A DNA stretch of 63,985 nucleotides, counting the filler, from Fonticula-like sp. SCN 57-25 (taxonomy: Eukaryota): NCBI GenBank assembly GCA_001724245.1. It is 3 parts of 3 records of this genome, joined end to end, with 100 filler letters (N's around TTAATTAATTAA, not from the genome) between each part and the next. Parts side by side here need not be neighbours in the genome. Positions count along the whole stretch, not along the records: positions 45,395 to 63,985 come from MEDX01000104.1; 2 more parts are not named here. One strand, given 5' to 3'. The translations under genes and the position numbers were made by a program. The notes under the pieces are model-generated. The model saw nothing but the letters and a program-made list of their open reading frames with translations. It ran no database searches and was not told the DNA's origin. The first letter of the stretch is position 1; each line of letters opens with the position of its first letter. This document shows, one piece after another, positions 59,058 to 63,985 of the stretch.

Positions 59058-60840
59058 CTAAATAGACAGTGAGCTGAAGTGAACAGAAATGTTGCCATTT
59101 GCCGTACCAGATTTGCTAGACTCGGCTGCTGCTGGCTCGGCTGGCGGCTCGAGCAACTGCTTTACGACAAGCTTGACGTCATCGTCCTGCATCCACGGGT
59201 GCTGCAGGACCTGCTCGATTGTGTAGCGCTGCTGCGGCGTGGCCACCAGCAACTTTCCAACAAGGTCGCGCGCTGTGGCATTTGTTTAGTTTCCATGTCA
59301 TATTGGGCACGCGGGAACGCACCTTGTGGGCTGACGTCGTCCCATTCGGGGTCGGAAAACTCGACTGGCCGCGACCGCAGCGTCATGATGAGCGACTCCA
59401 TCCCATTCTCGTCGCTAAACGGCATGAGACCTGCACGCTGCGTTAGCTTTTATATCATATAAACATTCCCTGCTGCGCACCGCTGAGCATGTTGTACAGG
59501 ATGACGCCGACGCTCCAGCAGTCGACCTCCTTGCCGTACTCGCCCTTGAACACTTCGGGCGCGAGGTAGTTTGGCGTGCCGCAGATCGTGCTCATAAACA
59601 CCTCGCTCTGGACAAAGCGCGCGAGGCCGAAATCGGTAATCTTGACGACGGCAAAGCGCGGCTGCGGCTGGAGAAGGACGTTTTCGGGCTTGAGGTCGCG
59701 GTGGACAATGTTGCGCGTGTGCATGTACTGGATGGCGTCGACGAGCTGCGTAAAGTAGACCTTGACGTCGCGCTCGGGGAGTTTCATGCGGCGCTGGATT
59801 TGGGTGAACAGCTCGCCGCCGCTCACGCTGGTCGATGGGGTCAGTCAAGGGGAAAAAAAGGACAGAAATGCGCACAATTCTAGAAAGAGGAAAACATACT
59901 GCTCGTTGTCCTTGACGTCGCAGATGCTCACAATGTTTGGCTAAACAGCACATGTCAATATTGAACACAAAAACCTTTAAAAGGGTCGCGTACGTGCTGG
60001 AGCGTCTGCAGAATTCGGATTTCGTCGAGCAAGTTTTGCCGAAGCCGATTGTGCAGCCGCGACTTTTCAAACACTTTGACGGCGACCTTGTTGCCCGTCT
60101 CTCGATTGTAGCCCAGTTTGACGACTGCAAATGCGCCTCTGCAAGGCAACTGTGAGCCAACGGCACGAGATGATCATGCGCGTACTTTCCGAGGACGACG
60201 TTTGTTACGTGAAACTTTTCGTCAATGTCCATCTGCGCGGGTCATCGCGTAAGACCAAGCAGCACATAAAAGAGACTAGAACGCACGTGGGTGTTTGATG
60301 TATCTTCCGCCTCCATGCTCCAATGGTCGCAGAAAATGAAGCTGAGAAGCGGCTTGGTCGGCAGCGGCACCTTCAATGCCAGCGAGATGACATCCCGATC
60401 GCGAAGGATCGTCGCCGCGCCCTTTGCGAGCAGCTTTCCATTGACATATGTACCGTTCGTGGACGAGTCGCATAGCGAAACGTAACCGTCGCCTTGCTGT
60501 CCGGCTGCCGTGAACGTTAAAATATGACGGCGATCTCGGAGCCGACGTACACTTTGTAATGGTGCAGTGATTATTGGACGCGTAGTTGTCCTTGATCTGA
60601 AAAGTTGCCGACTGACGCCTCCCGATAGTAATCTTGTCGTTTCCGCTCAGATCGATCGGCTGCTCGTTGGGGGAATGAAACGGCAGCAGGCGGGCCCACA
60701 CCAGAGGGACCCTGCGGTTATGCGTCAGCAAAGATGCCAGAACAAAAACGGTCGTCGTACTCTGGTGCAGACATGTTCAAAGACGGCATCTGCGTCAGCT
60801 GCTGGGTGCATATGAGCTGAGAAGCCTCCTCGCCGGCCAT
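59058..60840 (-). CDS. FHA-domain Ser/Thr kinase (Chk2/Cds1/Dun1-like), multi-exon
   Basis: N-terminal SQ/TQ sites; FHA (IGR...SNNHC...STNGTYVNG); GAFAVV, VAVK, HRDLKPEN, ITDFG and CGTPNYLAPE. Confidence 0.88.
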
Positions 60841-60979
60841 GACGAAAGGGAAAGCGCAACGTTGAGCACCTTGGTCAGCCTCTCACTTCAAACAGCGGCA
60901 AAAAGCGCGCCACGACCAACATTTATCGCATGCGTTTCAGGTGCGATTTTAGAGAATCGGGTCTGACTACTATCACGAC

Positions 60980-61435
60980 ATGCCGGGAACGATGGGCAGC
61001 AGGGCAGCTGCCGGGCAGGCAGCCCGCGTTCTGGACCGCGTCTTTGTCGGGCCGCCGCATCCCATTTCGCGCGTGCGTGCAATTAGAGTTTCGGAGGCGA
61101 GCACTGAAGCGCAGGTACGTGTCTCTCTCATGCTCATCTTCATGGTCTAACAGGCGCTGTAGCGTGTGTACCTCCAGACACAAGTAGAGTTGACCGAGTG
61201 GCACCACAAGTTTTGGCTGGAAGTAAACGAGCAGTTTGAAGGAGAGAAGCAAAGGTTTACGGCTCACTTTGGGGAGAAGGGGCCTTCGGCAGATCAGCTG
61301 GCCGCTTTTTATCAGGATTTCTTGAACCGCAACCGCGTCAGGCATCGCGACTATAACCGCGAATGGTGGGGGCGGAATTTCAAGTTGCTTCCAATTGCGC
61401 TCCGTGCGTGGACGAGCACGCTTTTTAAGCGGTGA
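60980..61435 (+). CDS. COA8: Cytochrome c oxidase assembly factor 8 (APOPT1-like), multi-exon; start uncertain
   Basis: VGPPHPISR; WHHKFW...N..F; FY..FL..N...H..YNREWW.RNF.L. Confidence 0.85.
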
Positions 61436-61678
61436 CTCGACAGACGTCCAGCTGGCGACGTACTATCATTGCCTCCTTACGAATGGTGTAAAGATCGGTG
61501 TGGCTAGTGCCATGCCTCCTGCAATTTGTACAGATAGTGTATATGTGGATTATGTTAGGATACAATCTTTTATGTACGATGTTGCTAATATAACCTTTCC
61601 GACACATTAAATACCCTTTGATGCCCCTCCCACTTGTACAATGCGCTTTCAAAGAGGCCCTCCTATAGGCGATCTCCT

Positions 61679-61710
61679 ATTGGCCAATGGATCGGTATTG
61701 ACCAATCAGC
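61679..61710. promoter_or_regulatory. Clustered CCAAT boxes upstream of the complex I subunit gene
   Basis: attggccaatgg and gaccaatcagc, 60-90 nt before ATG 61771. Confidence 0.4.
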
Positions 61711-61770
61711 ATCGTGTCACTTTTTCGGTAAAGTTTTCCATCTTTCGTGGCCATCAGGACGACGACGAGG

Positions 61771-62329
61771 ATGAGCGGGCTGGTGCGCAAGCAGATTCAC
61801 CCGTGGTACCGCGCCATCTGGGGCGTTATTGGTGTCGTACGTAACTCTCAACTGCGCTGCATTTTGGGAATTATGTGGGCGCTAATTGAGCGGTTTATTT
61901 GCAGAACCCCGTCAAGAAGCATGACTTTGACTATTACCATTCGACCGTCTTCCGTGCCCCGACGCCTGGGTATGAAACCTCGCTGGATTGTGTAGCTTTT
62001 TAATTATTTTGTGTATCTCACTGTTGTTTATATGTGTGTTTACTAATTTACGCCCTCGCAGTTCGCCGACGACCATGTATCAGCGCCCGGAAACGAGCAA
62101 CTCCAACATTGTGAAGAACTACTACTTCAACCGCGACACCCGCCGCAATGATCTCGGCAAGCCCAAGATCATCTCTGTGCAGACGCTCCTTGCCGCTGCC
62201 TCTGCTACGCCGGCGGAGGTGACTGCCACCTCCACCTCGATTCCGCTTGTTGGCGTGCAGTCGAACCCCGTGGTCTCTGAGGACTCTTTTTACTCTGGCC
62301 CCCGCCTCGGCACCAACCGGCGCATCTAG
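61771..62329 (+). CDS. NADH:ubiquinone oxidoreductase accessory subunit NDUFA7/B14.5a (NUZM-like), 3 exons
   Basis: FRAPTPG|S...SNIVKNYYFNRDTRR motif. Confidence 0.75.
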
Positions 62330-62555
62330 ATGGAGGGAACCGACTCCATCGCGTGCCTCACCTGCCTTTTTGTAGTCTTATCTATTAAATCAAATGAATA
62401 CTCAATTGTCTGAATACTCTACAAATGCCCGCCTTTTAAAGCAAAGCTCGTGCCAGGCAAGCGACAACAGGAAAATGAAAACGATGAATAGCAGGCAAGC
62501 AAAACATTAAATGCGAAAAAAACTCGTAAAAAGCACATTTGCACGCGCAAATACA

Positions 62556-63845
62556 TCACTTTGGAATATGAGCATAAGCGACAATTTTGTTGATGAGCGC
62601 CTTTTTCATAAACTGGTCGCGGGCGAGCGAGCGCACGGCCTTGAGGTACGCCTGGACCTCAATCTGGCCTCGCTCCAGCGTCTTGGACAGCGCGTACAGC
62701 GCGTCCTCGTCCGCCTGCTCCTCTGCAATAAGCGAATACAACCTACAAAAACACTGGTCAGCGTCGCTCGGCAGTGCACCGCGGGCCGTACTGAGCGTAG
62801 AGCGGCGCCGTTGCGCCAATGTCTTCGACCGTGAGCTGCGGCTTGGAGGTGAGCAGCGCGATGCGCTCGGCGCGCTGCATGTTTTCCTGCTCCAGCCTGC
62901 TGTTATTGAGAACGATTACCTCGTGCTGTTGGATGAGGCGCTCAACTTCTGTTGTCAGGCGCTTCTTGCTCTCCTGCAGGTAGCTAGAAGGAGTGTACGT
63001 CAGCAGCAAAGAATTGAGCGTCTACGAGCGATGCGCACTTTTCCTCCTGCTTGAGCGCCAAAACGTCCTCTTGAATTGTGTCGTAGTCTCTTTGAAGGCG
63101 CTCCTGCACGGCGCTCATCAGCGACGACCGCCTCACGGCCTCGAGCTGGTCCTCCTAGCGAACAGTTGTATGTCAGAAGAGCGCGCGCAGCAGGCGTGTG
63201 TGTTCGTACCGCGTCCCTGTTGCTGCTCGGCGGCGTCATCCGCGCGGCGGCAGACGGTGGCGTCGAGGTGCGGCCGTAGCCGTTTGGCGTGCCTGCGGCG
63301 CTCCTGGGCGTCCCCGCCTGCGAGGACGGGTGTGACGCGGCGTTAAAGGCGGGCGGCGCGCTGATCACGGGGGAGATCATGTCAAAGGTCTCGACCGCGA
63401 TGGAAATTGCGTCCATTAGGTTGTGCGTGTTGGGGTTGCTGCTCCACTCTGTGAGGTAGCTGTGGTAGAAGAGGCCGTTCTGGTCGAGATGCGGGTTGGG
63501 GTTGAGCATCGTCCCTGGACCGGCAAACACAAGAAGGCGGGGAGGGAGCGCCGGGTACTGCGGCGGGATCCAAATGTTCACAGAGGCATTGTAGGTCGCG
63601 TGCGCAAAGACATACGGGATGTAGCCCTCAAGGCAGAGCATGGGGCCGCGGGCGGGCTCGGACGGGCTGACGCGAAACGCATGTGACAGCGAGTAGCGCA
63701 TACAAACATAGTCGACATCAACGGCAGTCCGATCGGGATGCAAATACTAAACACGCAATTAGAACCAGCAAGAGTAAAACTTAAAGCTGTCGCGGCGCAC
63801 CTGTCGGCTCGCCAACAACTGCGGCGTTATGCGATGGTTCTGCAT
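62556..63845 (-). CDS. TSG101: ESCRT-I subunit TSG101/Vps23, multi-exon
   Basis: UEV domain (LEGYIP...YN..V.IWIPPQYP..PP; YHSYLTEW), coiled coil and steadiness box (LIAEEQADEDALYAL...YLKAVRSLARDQF). Confidence 0.93.
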
Positions 63846-63985
63846 TCTGCTGTCGGTCTGCCGATGATCAGGTAATTTGATCAGGTCAACAGGGCTCAAA
63901 CCGACCTTTCCGGTAAATGTTTACCGTAACGATCTGTCAGCGTTTCCAAAGCCTCAAATCGCCTCAAATCACGCACCGCAGGGGC

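Overview
Gene-dense eukaryotic nuclear DNA, not prokaryotic. It has about 34 protein-coding genes interrupted by very short (mostly ~40-60 nt) GT-AG introns with GTRCG-type donors. The gene set mixes fungal-type families (RDS2-like PAS protein, mL58/MRPL20-type mitoribosomal protein, LYS9-type saccharopine reductase) with animal-type or Dikarya-lost genes (ROCK-like kinase, UFM1, synergin-gamma, COA8, FAM173). This suggests an early-branching opisthokont such as a nucleariid or zoosporic fungus (inference). Two 100-nt N blocks with a TTAATTAATTAA core are artificial joins, so adjacency across them is unproven. Two gene-poor islands (~1.4-6.2 kb and ~40.9-43.8 kb) share a degenerate repeat family. 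The first also holds an intact, spliced Harbinger transposase-like gene lacking the catalytic Glu; the second holds a 62/124-bp minisatellite. The most notable items are that putatively domesticated Harbinger gene, an unusually long multi-hairpin 5'UTR intron in RPL6, a ROCK-like kinase with an HR1-like insert in its split PH domain, an RDS2 homolog without an intact Zn2Cys6 domain, and a secreted LEA-like repeat protein. No rRNA, tRNA or CRISPR array was recognised. Multi-exon CDS coordinates give the outer start/stop inferred by eye.
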